From an uncultured Acidobacteriota bacterium (GTDB lineage Bacteria; Acidobacteriota; Vicinamibacteria; Vicinamibacterales; CAVVIG01), in the NCBI GenBank assembly GCA_963729215.1, contig CAVSND010000030.1, forward strand, positions 74,239-138,238: DNA of 64,000 bases. Direction: 5' to 3'. A program made the translations under genes and the position numbers. The notes below the pieces were generated by a model. That model did no database searches and had not been told where the DNA came from. It saw nothing but the letters and a program-made list of their open reading frames with translations. Position 1 is the first letter of the stretch. Every line of letters starts with the position of its first letter. Below, one piece after another: positions 48,977 through 58,237 of this stretch.

Positions 48977-50188
48977 ATGTTGACGCCGCGCACCAACCTC
49001 ACACGCCGCATCCTGGGCGCGCTCGACGCGTCGCCGTCGCGCATTCCCGTGCTCGTCGGCGGATGCGGCAGCGGACGCACCACGCTGCTCCAGCAGCTGC
49101 GCGAACGGCTCGGCCGCACGTCCGCGCTCTACCTCGACGTCGAGCGCACGGCGACGACGCCCGAGCGTTTCCTGAAGGCCATTGTCGGCTCGTCGCCGTT
49201 TCCGGTCAGCGAGCCGGCGCCGGCGGGGGCCCGGGCCGCCTTCGATGCCACGCTCGCCTTTCTCTGCCGGCCGCGTACCGGCAGCGGCGAGCCCGTGACG
49301 ATGCTTCTCGACGAGTTCCTCGAGATGCGGACGTTCGAGAGCTTCCCGGGGCTTCGCCGCGTGCTCCACGACCTCATCGACGGCCTGACGACCAGCGGGA
49401 ACCGCTTCGTCCTGACCAGCCGCTACAACGCCCGCACGCTCCGCCTGCTGCGCGACCGGTCATCGCGGTTCGAGGTCATCCACATGCCGGCCCTGCACGG
49501 CAGAGGACACGCTCGACATGCTCGGCCTCGCCGGCGAGCCGTCGCCGAGGGACGCCGGGAGCGGGCAGGAGCGGCACGGCGCCGGGCGACCGCGACAACT
49601 ACGACGACAACTACCTCGCGCGGACCGTTCAGGCGCTCGCCGACGGCCGGCCGGCGTACGTCAAGGCGCTCGCCGACGAGCTCGCGCTCATGCGGGAACA
49701 CGGCGGCAGCCCGGCGGTCATCGACCCGCTTGCGGCTCTGGCGGCGCTGATGGGATCCGAGGGCCGGCTCGTCGAAGCACTGCAGCTTCTGCTACGAGCT
49801 TCGCCTGCACCGGGCGCGAGGCTACGGCGCGCTCAAGGCGATCCTCGAGATTCTGGGTGAGGAAGAAGGGCTGACGCTGACGGAAATCTCGCTGCGGCTG
49901 CAGCGGACGCCCGGCTCCACGAAGGACTACCTGTCCTGGCTCGAAGACGTGGACCTGGTCACCGCGAGGCAGAAGCGCTACAGCTTCACCGATCCGCTGT
50001 TGCGCGTGTGGGTGCGCCTGCATTGCCGCGTCACGGCGCCGACCGAAGACGATCTCGCGCGCGAAGTGCACCGCTACGCCCTGCCCCGCCTGCCGCAGCC
50101 GCCCGAGCCCCGCGAGCAGCCCGCCGAAGCCGCGTACGCGATGGCGTCGGCCGGCGGGTCGGGATCCGGCATCATCGAAATCGACTGA
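48977..50188 (+). pseudogene. Arch_ATPase/DUF234-like ATP-binding protein, 3 frame breaks, Walker A Lys replaced by Arg
   Basis: Frame order: ..VLVGGCGSGRTTLLQQL..LLDEFLE..RFEVIHMPAL | TAEDTLDMLG.. | ..YLARTVQALADGRPAYVKALADEL..GRLV | KHCSFCYELRLHRARGYGALKAILEILGEEEGLTLTEIS..YSFTDPLLRVWVRL. Breaks are at 49496, 49540-49600 and 49774. Confidence 0.65.
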
Positions 50189-50190
50189 CC

Positions 50191-50232
50191 CGTTCCTCGT
50201 TTTCCGTTTTCCGTTCTACGTTCTACGTTCTA
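50191..50232. repeat. six tandem heptamers CGTTYYM
   Basis: CGTTCCT CGTTTTC CGTTTTC CGTTCTA CGTTCTA CGTTCTA, between convergent stops. It encodes the ..RT* end of the minus-strand gene. Confidence 0.85.
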
Positions 50233-51227
50233 GTTCCCAGGACTGGCAGCTTGATCAGCTTCGCCGGATTGTCCTTGAACATCATGTTCAACTCTTTCTC
50301 GGTGAAGCCGGCGCCGCGCAGCGCCTTGGCCGCCAGCGCCAGGGCGTCGGGATGGTTGTTGCCGGGCAAGCCGCTGTCGCTCGAGACAAAGGTCATTGCG
50401 GGTCCCACCTTGCGAATCGCGTCGAAGGCGCGGGCCTGGCCTGCCCCCTCGCGCGAGACCGTTCCCGCGGTGACCTCGATGTAGGCGCCCAGCCTGGTCG
50501 CCTCCTGCATCTGCTCGACGGTCATCGCCCCGCCAAGGCCGAGCAGCGGGTGCGTGACGATCATGCGCTGGACACCCCGCTTCTTGGCTTCGCGCATGAT
50601 CAGGAACGCCTCGTCCGGCGTCACGTGGCCGGTCGCAAGCGTCAGATCGTTCTGAGCGATGACCGAGAGCACTTCGAGCACCTCGGGGAGGAGCTGTCCG
50701 TTGCGCGACACGGCGACGAACGGGCGGTTCTCCTTGCCGGCCTTCACTTCCGGCTCGGAGTCGTGCGTCGGCATCCAGACGATGCGTCCCAGATGGCCGA
50801 CGACGTCGGCCATGTACCGGACCGCCTGCGGATTCATTCCGCCGACCGGGGTGTCGAGCGACACGCCGCCGAACACTTCGAACCCCGGCGTCGCGTACTT
50901 GCGCGCGAGGTACGCGAGTCCGGCCGTCTCGGTCCAGTGATTCTTCAGGAGCACGCCACGCATGCCGCGCTCCTGTGCCAGCTTCGCGACCTCGAAGCCG
51001 TCCCACGAGCGCGGATAGCTGTCCGGATCGCAGTGGGCGTGCAGGTCGATGGCGCCGATCAGTGCGGGGTCGGTCAGATGCTTGTCGACGGAGGGCGGAT
51101 ATTTTCGGTTCTTATACGACTCCCAGGCCGTCTGCGCACGAAGCGTGACGCCAGCCGTCCGCAACCCGACGGCAACAGCCATCACCGATCCGAGCACCAC
51201 CATGAACCGCTTCTGTCCTGCCGTCAT
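50223..51227 (-). CDS. amidohydrolase-fold metal-dependent hydrolase-like protein (secreted; DUF6282-like)
   Basis: Signal/TM MVVLGSVMAVAVGL. IDLHAHCDPD... and VTHP.. are His clusters of TIM-barrel hydrolases. The family name is from memory only. Confidence 0.5.
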   Translation of the reverse strand: MTAGQKRFMVVLGSVMAVAVGLRTAGVTLRAQTAWESYKNRKYPPSVDKHLTDPALIGAIDLHAHCDPDSYPRSWDGFEVAKLAQERGMRGVLLKNHWTETAGLAYLARKYATPGFEVFGGVSLDTPVGGMNPQAVRYMADVVGHLGRIVWMPTHDSEPEVKAGKENRPFVAVSRNGQLLPEVLEVLSVIAQNDLTLATGHVTPDEAFLIMREAKKRGVQRMIVTHPLLGLGGAMTVEQMQEATRLGAYIEVTAGTVSREGAGQARAFDAIRKVGPAMTFVSSDSGLPGNNHPDALALAAKALRGAGFTEKELNMMFKDNPAKLIKLPVLGTRT

Positions 51228-51240
51228 CGATCACCTCGTT

Positions 51241-51390
51241 CCGTGGAGAACGCCGGACCCGTGGAGAACGCAGAGGAGGGTCATAACGCAGAGATCGCAG
51301 AGATCGCCGAGAAGAGTACTTTGGAAAGTCAGTCTTTCTCTGCGATCTCCGCGATCTCTGCGTTTGAGAATGTCTCCGCGTTCTCAAAAG
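51241..51390. repeat. about 150-nt imperfect palindrome built from GCAGAGATC and GGAGAACGC units
   Basis: Inner arms GCAGAGATCGCAGAGATCGCCGAGAAGAG (51288-316) and TCTTTCTCTGCGATCTCCGCGATCTCTGC (51333-61) match at about 25/29. The centre is ACTTTGGAAAGT. Outer arms are TGGAGAACGCCGGAC and GTCTCCGCGTTCTCA. Confidence 0.85.
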
Positions 51391-54300
51391 TCGAATTGCC
51401 CACCGATCTTGAAATACCGCGCCGGCGCAATCCTCGTCGGCGTCAGCCAGGCGCCGCCCGGCACGAACGAATTGTTGAAGGTGATCACTGTATCCGAGTT
51501 CGAGAGGTTGTAGACGTCGGCCGAAATAATCGCCCGCCTCGTCGTCCCGAACCTCAAGACCTTACTCAGGCGAAGATCGAAGTTATTGCGCACGGGCCCA
51601 AATACTGTGCCCGGCTGGATCAGGTTCACCGTGGCATTGGCGCCCCCCGAGAGAGGGCGGCCGAGCGGCTGCGGGCCTGCCGCGATGACCGCATTCGACG
51701 CGACATAGTTGGCGGCAATCTCCGGTCCCGGATTGCTTTGCCACGTCACGCTCGTCTGGATGTCCACCTTGGGGACCAGATACGAGGCGAGCCCGGTCAC
51801 CGACGTGCGGTACGGTTCGACGACACGGCAATAGGGGTTCGTCACGGACGTTAAGAGTCCGCCTGCCGGCACGATGGCCGTGCTTGGCGTGGCCTCCGGC
51901 ATCAGCGCCCGCACCGCGCAGGCGTCCGTCAGCCGACGCCCGGTGCTCGTGCCCCCTTGCACGATAATGCCGTTCTGCAGGCGCGCGTTGACGCTGACAT
52001 CCACTCCCTGCCAGTTCATGGTCTCCTCGCCGACCACGGACCCGAGTTCATGGAGGTTGCTGACCTGACCGACTTTGTTCGGGTTCAGATCATAGAGGCC
52101 GCTGACAACCTGCCCCCCGCCCCCGGGTAACCGCGGATCGAGCGGGGCCCGGACGCTGAACGGCGTGTAGTCGGAGATGAGTGTCGATGTGTTGTCGACA
52201 ATGGACAAGTTGCCCCACGAGTTCCGGTTGTAGCCGACGGTCAACGCCACACGGGGCATGAGCTCCTGCTGCACCGACACCCCCGTCGACCAGACGTAGG
52301 GGCGGTTTCCCCAACCGGTCACCATGTTGGGATCGTAGTTGGTGTTGAAGACCTCGGTCCCGAAGGATTGATTGGCCATGGGCCCGCAATCGCGCTGCGC
52401 CGTGGGGATCGCGAGATTGCAGCCCGGGCTGTTCGTAAAGTTGAAGTTCGTCGGGTTCAGCCACGGCCGTGTCGTCATCGTGGGAATGCGGAAGATCGGG
52501 TTCATGTCCAGCCCGAACAACGAACTGAGACCTTCCACATATTTCCCGGTGTTGAATTTGACAGCCGTCTTGCCGTTCCCGAACAGATCGTAGGCCACGC
52601 CCACTCGGGGCGTGATGTCCTTCCAGGCGATCCCCTGCGTGGACCCCGTGGGAAACGACACTTGCTTCGGCATGAGGATGTAGTCCTGACCACCAATCGG
52701 GTCGGACGTGTAGTTTGTAATGCCGTTGTCCCACCGCAGGCCGCCCTGCAGCGTCAGTCTGTTTCGGGTCCACTGATCCTGCGCGTACAGGTTGATGGGG
52801 ATGACGTGGCGGCCCGTCCGAAGCCAGCCGGGATACGCGAGGTTCTCCGTGATTTGATTCGGCACGCCGTTGTTCGTCCGCACCTGGATGACGGTGCTGT
52901 CGTAGTAGTAGTTCTTCGTGGGCGTGCTGAACCCGCCCTGGTAGCCGAACTTCATATTGTGCGCGCCGCTGACGTAAGAGAGGGACGCTCGCCATTCCTG
53001 CGTCCCGATCTGGCTGGCGCTGAATCCGCCGTTCGCGAGCCCGGGGTGCCGGGAGATCAGGCCCGGGATCGAACAGTTGCAGCTCGGGATGTTGCCCGTT
53101 TGTTCGAGCTGCTGAATCATCAGCGGATTGTTGACGCCGCCGATGCCGCCGGTGCGCGGTCCACCCCCACCGCTCTGGGTGTACGTGCCCTCGTAGGTGC
53201 CGATCCCCGCCTCCGCCAGCAGCCTGGCGTTGATCGGGAACGTCCAGGTGGCCTGCTGGATGCGGGACGGTTTGAAGAGGGTCAAGCCCGTGCCGTCGGG
53301 CGTCTGCGTCGGCGTGCCGCCGCCCTCGGCGCCAATGTAGTTGTACTGTTCCTGCCAGTACAACGTCAGCTTGTTGCGTCGCGTCGCCTGCCACGTCAGA
53401 CGCCCGATGATGTGCTGGTCGAATGAGTCCGTAAACGCCGGCTGCGACAGGTCGAAATCCACCACCCACAGGTTCGGATTGTTGGCGTTCTTGTTGACCC
53501 ACATACCGGGGACCGTGCTGTTCGACCCGACCTGGCGGTAGGTCACGTAGAACCAGAGCTTGTCCCGTTTGATGGGGCCGCCACCCATGGCATCCCAGTC
53601 GTACAGGCTCTTCAGCTTCGACGGCGCCCGCAGGCCCTGGTCCTTGAGCGACTGCGTGTAGTTGTCGCCCTGCATCCCGCCTGTCGCGCCGTTGACGAAG
53701 GCGGATCCTCTGAACGTGTTGCCGCCGTCCTTCGGGGTGATGTTAAGGATCACCCCGGCGCCCTCCGCTTCACCGAGCCCGCCGGACACGTTGATCACCA
53801 CTTCCGACGCGCCGGCCGTGTTCAGGAGCTGACCGCCGGCAATGGCCTGGCCCGTGAAATCCGTGTTCAATCCATCGGTCTTCGTTCGTGAACCATAGGT
53901 GTTCCCGCCGTGGATGGTCCCTGCGAGTCCCCCGATGCCGCCCGCGATGCCACCGGAGTCGCCACCACCCACAGCGACGCCGGCCTGCGACACGTTCAGT
54001 CCGGGAATCAAGGACTGGATCCCGGAGGCATTCCGCGAGCTGGGGATGGCGGCGATCACGTCGCTGCTCACCGTCTGCTGCACGAGCACGCTCTGGACGT
54101 CCACGACCGGTGACTGACTCGTGACGGTGACCGATTCCGTCAGCGCACCAATGCTCAGATCGGCATTCACCGTGGCCACAAACCGGCCCGTGAGCTCGAT
54201 GCCATCGCGCTTCATGGTCTTGAAGCCCGCCATCGAGACCGTCACCGAGTAAGTGCCCGGCCGGAGGTCGACGACGCGGTATTGCCCCGTTCCATCAGTG

Positions 54301-54494
54301 GTGACCGAACGCACCTTCTCAATGAGGACGTCGCTCGCCACTTCCACGGTCACGCCGGGTAACACGGCACCGGACGCGTCCTTGACGAGGCCGGTAATGG
54401 CGGCCTGCGCGAGGGCAGCCGCCGGGAAGAGTAACAACACCGACAGTGCCGCTACCGACCGCCTGACAAAGCGGACCACTCCTGCTCGCTGCAT
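51384..54494 (-). CDS. TonB-dependent receptor with N-terminal CarboxypepD_reg domain (Oar-like)
   Basis: Signal; ITGLVKDASGAVLPGVTVEV..GQYRVVDLRPGTYSVTVSMAGFKT; C-terminal ..YFKIGGQFDF. The ORF is intact at 1036 aa. Confidence 0.9.
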   Translation of the reverse strand: MQRAGVVRFVRRSVAALSVLLLFPAAALAQAAITGLVKDASGAVLPGVTVEVASDVLIEKVRSVTTDGTGQYRVVDLRPGTYSVTVSMAGFKTMKRDGIELTGRFVATVNADLSIGALTESVTVTSQSPVVDVQSVLVQQTVSSDVIAAIPSSRNASGIQSLIPGLNVSQAGVAVGGGDSGGIAGGIGGLAGTIHGGNTYGSRTKTDGLNTDFTGQAIAGGQLLNTAGASEVVINVSGGLGEAEGAGVILNITPKDGGNTFRGSAFVNGATGGMQGDNYTQSLKDQGLRAPSKLKSLYDWDAMGGGPIKRDKLWFYVTYRQVGSNSTVPGMWVNKNANNPNLWVVDFDLSQPAFTDSFDQHIIGRLTWQATRRNKLTLYWQEQYNYIGAEGGGTPTQTPDGTGLTLFKPSRIQQATWTFPINARLLAEAGIGTYEGTYTQSGGGGPRTGGIGGVNNPLMIQQLEQTGNIPSCNCSIPGLISRHPGLANGGFSASQIGTQEWRASLSYVSGAHNMKFGYQGGFSTPTKNYYYDSTVIQVRTNNGVPNQITENLAYPGWLRTGRHVIPINLYAQDQWTRNRLTLQGGLRWDNGITNYTSDPIGGQDYILMPKQVSFPTGSTQGIAWKDITPRVGVAYDLFGNGKTAVKFNTGKYVEGLSSLFGLDMNPIFRIPTMTTRPWLNPTNFNFTNSPGCNLAIPTAQRDCGPMANQSFGTEVFNTNYDPNMVTGWGNRPYVWSTGVSVQQELMPRVALTVGYNRNSWGNLSIVDNTSTLISDYTPFSVRAPLDPRLPGGGGQVVSGLYDLNPNKVGQVSNLHELGSVVGEETMNWQGVDVSVNARLQNGIIVQGGTSTGRRLTDACAVRALMPEATPSTAIVPAGGLLTSVTNPYCRVVEPYRTSVTGLASYLVPKVDIQTSVTWQSNPGPEIAANYVASNAVIAAGPQPLGRPLSGGANATVNLIQPGTVFGPVRNNFDLRLSKVLRFGTTRRAIISADVYNLSNSDTVITFNNSFVPGGAWLTPTRIAPARYFKIGGQFDF

Positions 54495-54587
54495 CTCGCC
54501 CTCCTCTGCTACGTAAAGATGCGGTAAGCCTAGCGACTTGATGTTCGTCCCGCTCTACCTAAATGGAGGTATGAACACGCGCGCCGA

Positions 54588-54616
54588 TTGACTTGCGTGG
54601 GGCGCGGCGTCAGAAT
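54588..54616 (+). promoter_or_regulatory. sigma70-type promoter TTGACT-17 nt-CAGAAT, 9 nt upstream of ATG 54626
   Basis: Hexamers and spacing were read directly. There is no SD before the ATG. Confidence 0.5.
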
Positions 54617-54625
54617 CGCCGCCCG

Positions 54626-57553
54626 ATGCCGCGCGTATATCGCCTGGCGCTCGTCGTCCTGCTGGCGTTTCCTGCAGGCGCCTACTCGCACCCGTTCACG
54701 CCATCACGTCACGAGCCGCTCGGCGACTACACGGTCGCGACGTGGGGCGAACGCGACGGTGTGCCTCCCGGACGCATCCGCACGATCAGGCAGGACGGCG
54801 ACGGCTACCTGTGGCTGGCCACGGACGCCGGACTCATGCGCTTCGACGGCGCCAGGTTCGACGAGTGGCGCGGAACCGGCAGCAGCCGGCTGCCGTCCGG
54901 CGCAGCGACCGCGCTGCTGATCGCCCGCGATCGGAGCCTCTGGGTGGGCGTCACCGGCCCGTCGGCGATCGCCCGGGTCCGCAACGGCGCCTTCACGTTG
55001 TTCGGTCCGGGGGAAGGGCTCACCGGACGTTACGTGCTGTCGTTGACCGAGGATCGGGCCGGGACGATCTGGGCCGCGACGTTTCAGGGACTCTTTCAGT
55101 TTCGCGGCGATCGCTGGCGCGCGGTCGGGGCCGCCGAAGGACTGGCCGAAGGGCCGGTGCTCGGCACATACGAAGATCGCGAAGGACAGCTGTGGGTGGC
55201 GACGCAGTCGGCCGTGTTCAGGAAGGCTTCCGGCAGCGACCACTTCGATCAGATCGACGTGATCGGGATTTCCAGCAACCTCTGGCAGAGTTTCAGCGAA
55301 GACGCCGCGGGCAGGGTCTGGATGACCGATTTCACCGAGGGCTACCGCCTCCCGGGGCATCGTCCGCCAGGCGTCGAGAAATCTCCGCGTCACGGCTTCG
55401 GCGTCCAGCTCCTGCACGATCGACGGGGAGACTTGTGGGTCGCGACGCAGGGACAGGGCCTGTGGCGCGTCCGCGCCGACGCGACGTCGGATGGCTTCCA
55501 GGCCGCCACGATTGCCGACGGACTCCTGAGCGATTCGGTGCAGGCCCTGTTCGAGGACCGCGAGGGCAACCTCTGGATGAGCACGCGCGACGGTCTCCAG
55601 CGGCTGTCACCGAGGCGCGTCAGGCCGATCAGGAACATGCCGATCGGCACGACCGTCGCCGTGACGCCGGACGGCAGCACCTGGGTGGGCACGGCTGGCG
55701 GGCTCACGCAGTTCTCGGCGGCGGGCCGGCGCGACTACGGTCCGGCGGACGGGCTGCCCGGATCGGTGGTGATGGCCCTGCAGGCCGGCGAAGGCGACGA
55801 CCTGTGGGTCTCGACCGAGCGCGGGGTTTCGCATTTCGCCCGGGGGCGGTTCTCACCGGTCCTGATTCCGCCAGGCGACGGGAGTCACCGCGTCACGGGC
55901 ATGGTCGTCGCCGGCGGTACGTTGTGGCTGCGTGACTTCCACAGCCGTCTGTCGCAGTGGAGCGCAGGGCACACGACGGTGCCGGACGCAGTCCCCGACA
56001 TGTTCCTGAAGGGCGTCACGACACTGCTCGCCGATCGCGCCGGGAGCGTCTGGATCGCTGCCGGAGGACAGATAGGCGTGGTGCCGTCGAACGGCCGCTT
56101 CCGCTCCTACAACCTTTCGATCGGCAGCATCGCCTGCATCTTCGAGGATGCGGGCGGCACGCTCTGGGTCGGCGGCGACGACGGTCTCAGCCTGCTGTCC
56201 GGCGACCGCTTCATTCCTGTCACGCACGGTGACGGATTCCCGGCCAACGTCCGGACCATCGTCGAAGACGACCTGGGATTCCTGTGGGTCGGCGTCGCCT
56301 CGGGCATCCTCCGCCTCGATCGACGCGAGCTGGTCGAGGCGAGCACGAATCCAGGCCATCCGCTGCGTTACCGGTTGTTCAACGCGGCTGACGGCGTCGC
56401 AGGCGCGCCGATGGGCGAAGGACGGCACTCCTCGGTGCGCGCGAGCACGGGCAAGCTGTGGTTCCTGACCACCAGCGGCGTCACGGTGGTGGACCCTCAC
56501 AATCTCGGCGAGTCGCGGCCGATGCCGCCGGTCCGGATTGAGACCGTCACCGCCGACTCGCGAACGCTGGACGCCACTCCCGGCCTCCAGCTCGTTCCCC
56601 GGACGTCGCACGTACAGATCGCGTTCAGCGTCCTGACGCTGACCGATCCGGCCAGGGTTCGTTTCCGGTATCGCCTCGACGACTACGATCGCGACTGGGT
56701 GGACGCCGCGGCCGCGCGGCAGGCCTCGTACACCAACCTGCCCCCCGGACACTACCGGTTCCGCGTCCTGGCGAACGGCGGCGACGGCGTCTGGCGCGAC
56801 CCGGGCGCCGTCTGGGACTTCGGCGTCGAGCCGATTTTCTATCAGACGAAGTGGTTTCAGGCGCTGTGTTTGTGCGCGGTCTGCCTGATGGTGTACGCAT
56901 CGTGGCGGGTGCACGTCCGCCAGGTCCGCCGCCAATTCGCACTGGTACTCGCCGAGCGGATCCGCATGAGCCGCGCCATCCATGACACGCTGCTGCAGGG
57001 GCTGGCGGCGCTCGCGCTGCAGGTCGATGACTTGTCGCACACGGTGGCGACGTCGCCGCAGTCGGCACGCGACCGCATGCTGCGCATCCGGCGGCAGGTC
57101 GAGGACTCGATTCGCGAAGCACGGCACTCGATCTGGGACTTGCGCTCGCCCATGCTGGTGTCCCGCGATCTACCCAGGGCGCTTCGCGAGGCCGGCGAAC
57201 GCGTTATCGCGGGCCGGCCGGTGGAACTCGACGTCAAGGTCTCAGGCTCGGCCCGGACATCGGCACCGCTGGTGGACGAACAGCTTCTGCTCATCGGCCA
57301 GGAGGCGCTCAGCAATGCCGTCCGTCACGGCGGCGCCACCATCGTGACGGTCGAACTCGATTACCGCGATGACGAGACGCGGCTTCGCGTGAGGGACGAC
57401 GGGTGCGGCTTCGATCCAGACGAAGCGAGCCGGCGGCAGGATCGCTACGGGCTCGTGAGCATGCGCGAGCGCGCGGAACAGGTGCGCGGCCACGTCGTCA
57501 TTTCCTCCGTGCCCGGCAAAGGCACGGACGTCCAGGCCATTGTTCCCGCATAA
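54626..57553 (+). CDS. sensor histidine kinase with periplasmic two-component-regulator propeller repeats, Y_Y_Y domain, HisKA_3 and HATPase_c
   Basis: Many G.LW.GT..GL..F repeats; FRYRLDDYDRDW..YTNLPPGHYRF; TM; IHDTLLQGL H-box; EALSNAVRHG; RDDGCGF. Confidence 0.85.
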   Translation: MPRVYRLALVVLLAFPAGAYSHPFTPSRHEPLGDYTVATWGERDGVPPGRIRTIRQDGDGYLWLATDAGLMRFDGARFDEWRGTGSSRLPSGAATALLIARDRSLWVGVTGPSAIARVRNGAFTLFGPGEGLTGRYVLSLTEDRAGTIWAATFQGLFQFRGDRWRAVGAAEGLAEGPVLGTYEDREGQLWVATQSAVFRKASGSDHFDQIDVIGISSNLWQSFSEDAAGRVWMTDFTEGYRLPGHRPPGVEKSPRHGFGVQLLHDRRGDLWVATQGQGLWRVRADATSDGFQAATIADGLLSDSVQALFEDREGNLWMSTRDGLQRLSPRRVRPIRNMPIGTTVAVTPDGSTWVGTAGGLTQFSAAGRRDYGPADGLPGSVVMALQAGEGDDLWVSTERGVSHFARGRFSPVLIPPGDGSHRVTGMVVAGGTLWLRDFHSRLSQWSAGHTTVPDAVPDMFLKGVTTLLADRAGSVWIAAGGQIGVVPSNGRFRSYNLSIGSIACIFEDAGGTLWVGGDDGLSLLSGDRFIPVTHGDGFPANVRTIVEDDLGFLWVGVASGILRLDRRELVEASTNPGHPLRYRLFNAADGVAGAPMGEGRHSSVRASTGKLWFLTTSGVTVVDPHNLGESRPMPPVRIETVTADSRTLDATPGLQLVPRTSHVQIAFSVLTLTDPARVRFRYRLDDYDRDWVDAAAARQASYTNLPPGHYRFRVLANGGDGVWRDPGAVWDFGVEPIFYQTKWFQALCLCAVCLMVYASWRVHVRQVRRQFALVLAERIRMSRAIHDTLLQGLAALALQVDDLSHTVATSPQSARDRMLRIRRQVEDSIREARHSIWDLRSPMLVSRDLPRALREAGERVIAGRPVELDVKVSGSARTSAPLVDEQLLLIGQEALSNAVRHGGATIVTVELDYRDDETRLRVRDDGCGFDPDEASRRQDRYGLVSMRERAEQVRGHVVISSVPGKGTDVQAIVPA

Positions 57554-58184
57554 CCACGGCGAACGGCGCATTCGCGTGCTCTGCGTCGACGATCACCGTG
57601 TGATGCTGGACGGCCTCTCCCTGCTCATTGGCAGACAGCCGGACATGGAGGTGGTGGCCTCGGCCACGAGCGGCGAGGAGGCGGTGGAGCTGTTCGCGCG
57701 ACACGAACCCGACGTGACGTTGATGGACCTGCAACTGCCGACGATGAGCGGTCTGGAGGCCATCCAGACCATCTGCCGCGACCGTGAGGGCGCTCGCATC
57801 GTCGTGCTGACGATGTATCAGGGAGACGAGGACATCTACCGCGCGCTCGAAGCGGGGGCCGCGGCGTACGTCCTGAAGGACGCGCTCTCGGACGATCTGG
57901 TGTGCGTCATCCGGGATGTCCACACGGGCAAGCGTCCAATACCCTCGGACATCGCCGCGACGCTCGCCACGCGCCGGGAACACGCGGCGCTGACGCCGAG
58001 GGAAGTCGAGGTCGTGCGGCACGTCGCCGAGGGCCTTCGCAACAAGGAGATCGCGTTCGCGCTGGGCATCACCGAGCAGACGGCCAAGGTCCACGTGAAG
58101 AACATCCTGGCCAAGTTGAACGTGAACGACCGCACCGCCATCATCCCCATCGCGCTCAGGCGAGGCATCATTCACATACGGTGA
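57540..58184 (+). CDS. NarL/LuxR-family response regulator
   Basis: IRVLCVDDHRVMLDGL..DVTLMDLQLP..; C-terminal LTPREVEVVRHVAEGLRNKEIAFALGITEQTAKVHVKNILAKL. The start is uncertain (TTG 57540 / GTG 57576). Confidence 0.85.
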   Translation: MFPHNHGERRIRVLCVDDHRVMLDGLSLLIGRQPDMEVVASATSGEEAVELFARHEPDVTLMDLQLPTMSGLEAIQTICRDREGARIVVLTMYQGDEDIYRALEAGAAAYVLKDALSDDLVCVIRDVHTGKRPIPSDIAATLATRREHAALTPREVEVVRHVAEGLRNKEIAFALGITEQTAKVHVKNILAKLNVNDRTAIIPIALRRGIIHIR

Positions 58185-58237
58185 GCTCGTGGCTCGTGCT
58201 CGAGCTCGTGGCTCGTCGTGGCTAGTGGTCGGTGGTC
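58183..58237. repeat. tandem CTCGTGG/CTCGTG-type short repeats between convergent stops
   Basis: GAGCTCGTGGCTCGTGCTC GAGCTCGTGGCTCGTCGTGGCTAGTGGTCGGTGGTC. It encodes the ..TTDH* end of rnc. Confidence 0.75.

Noticed and set aside
58215-58227. Shared 11-mer GTGGTCGGTGG between the 58.2-kb repeat and the outer arm of hairpin H1 (28340-28350).
   Set aside because: It is a single short GC-rich match with no extension on either side. This is compatible with chance in a high-GC 64-kb window.
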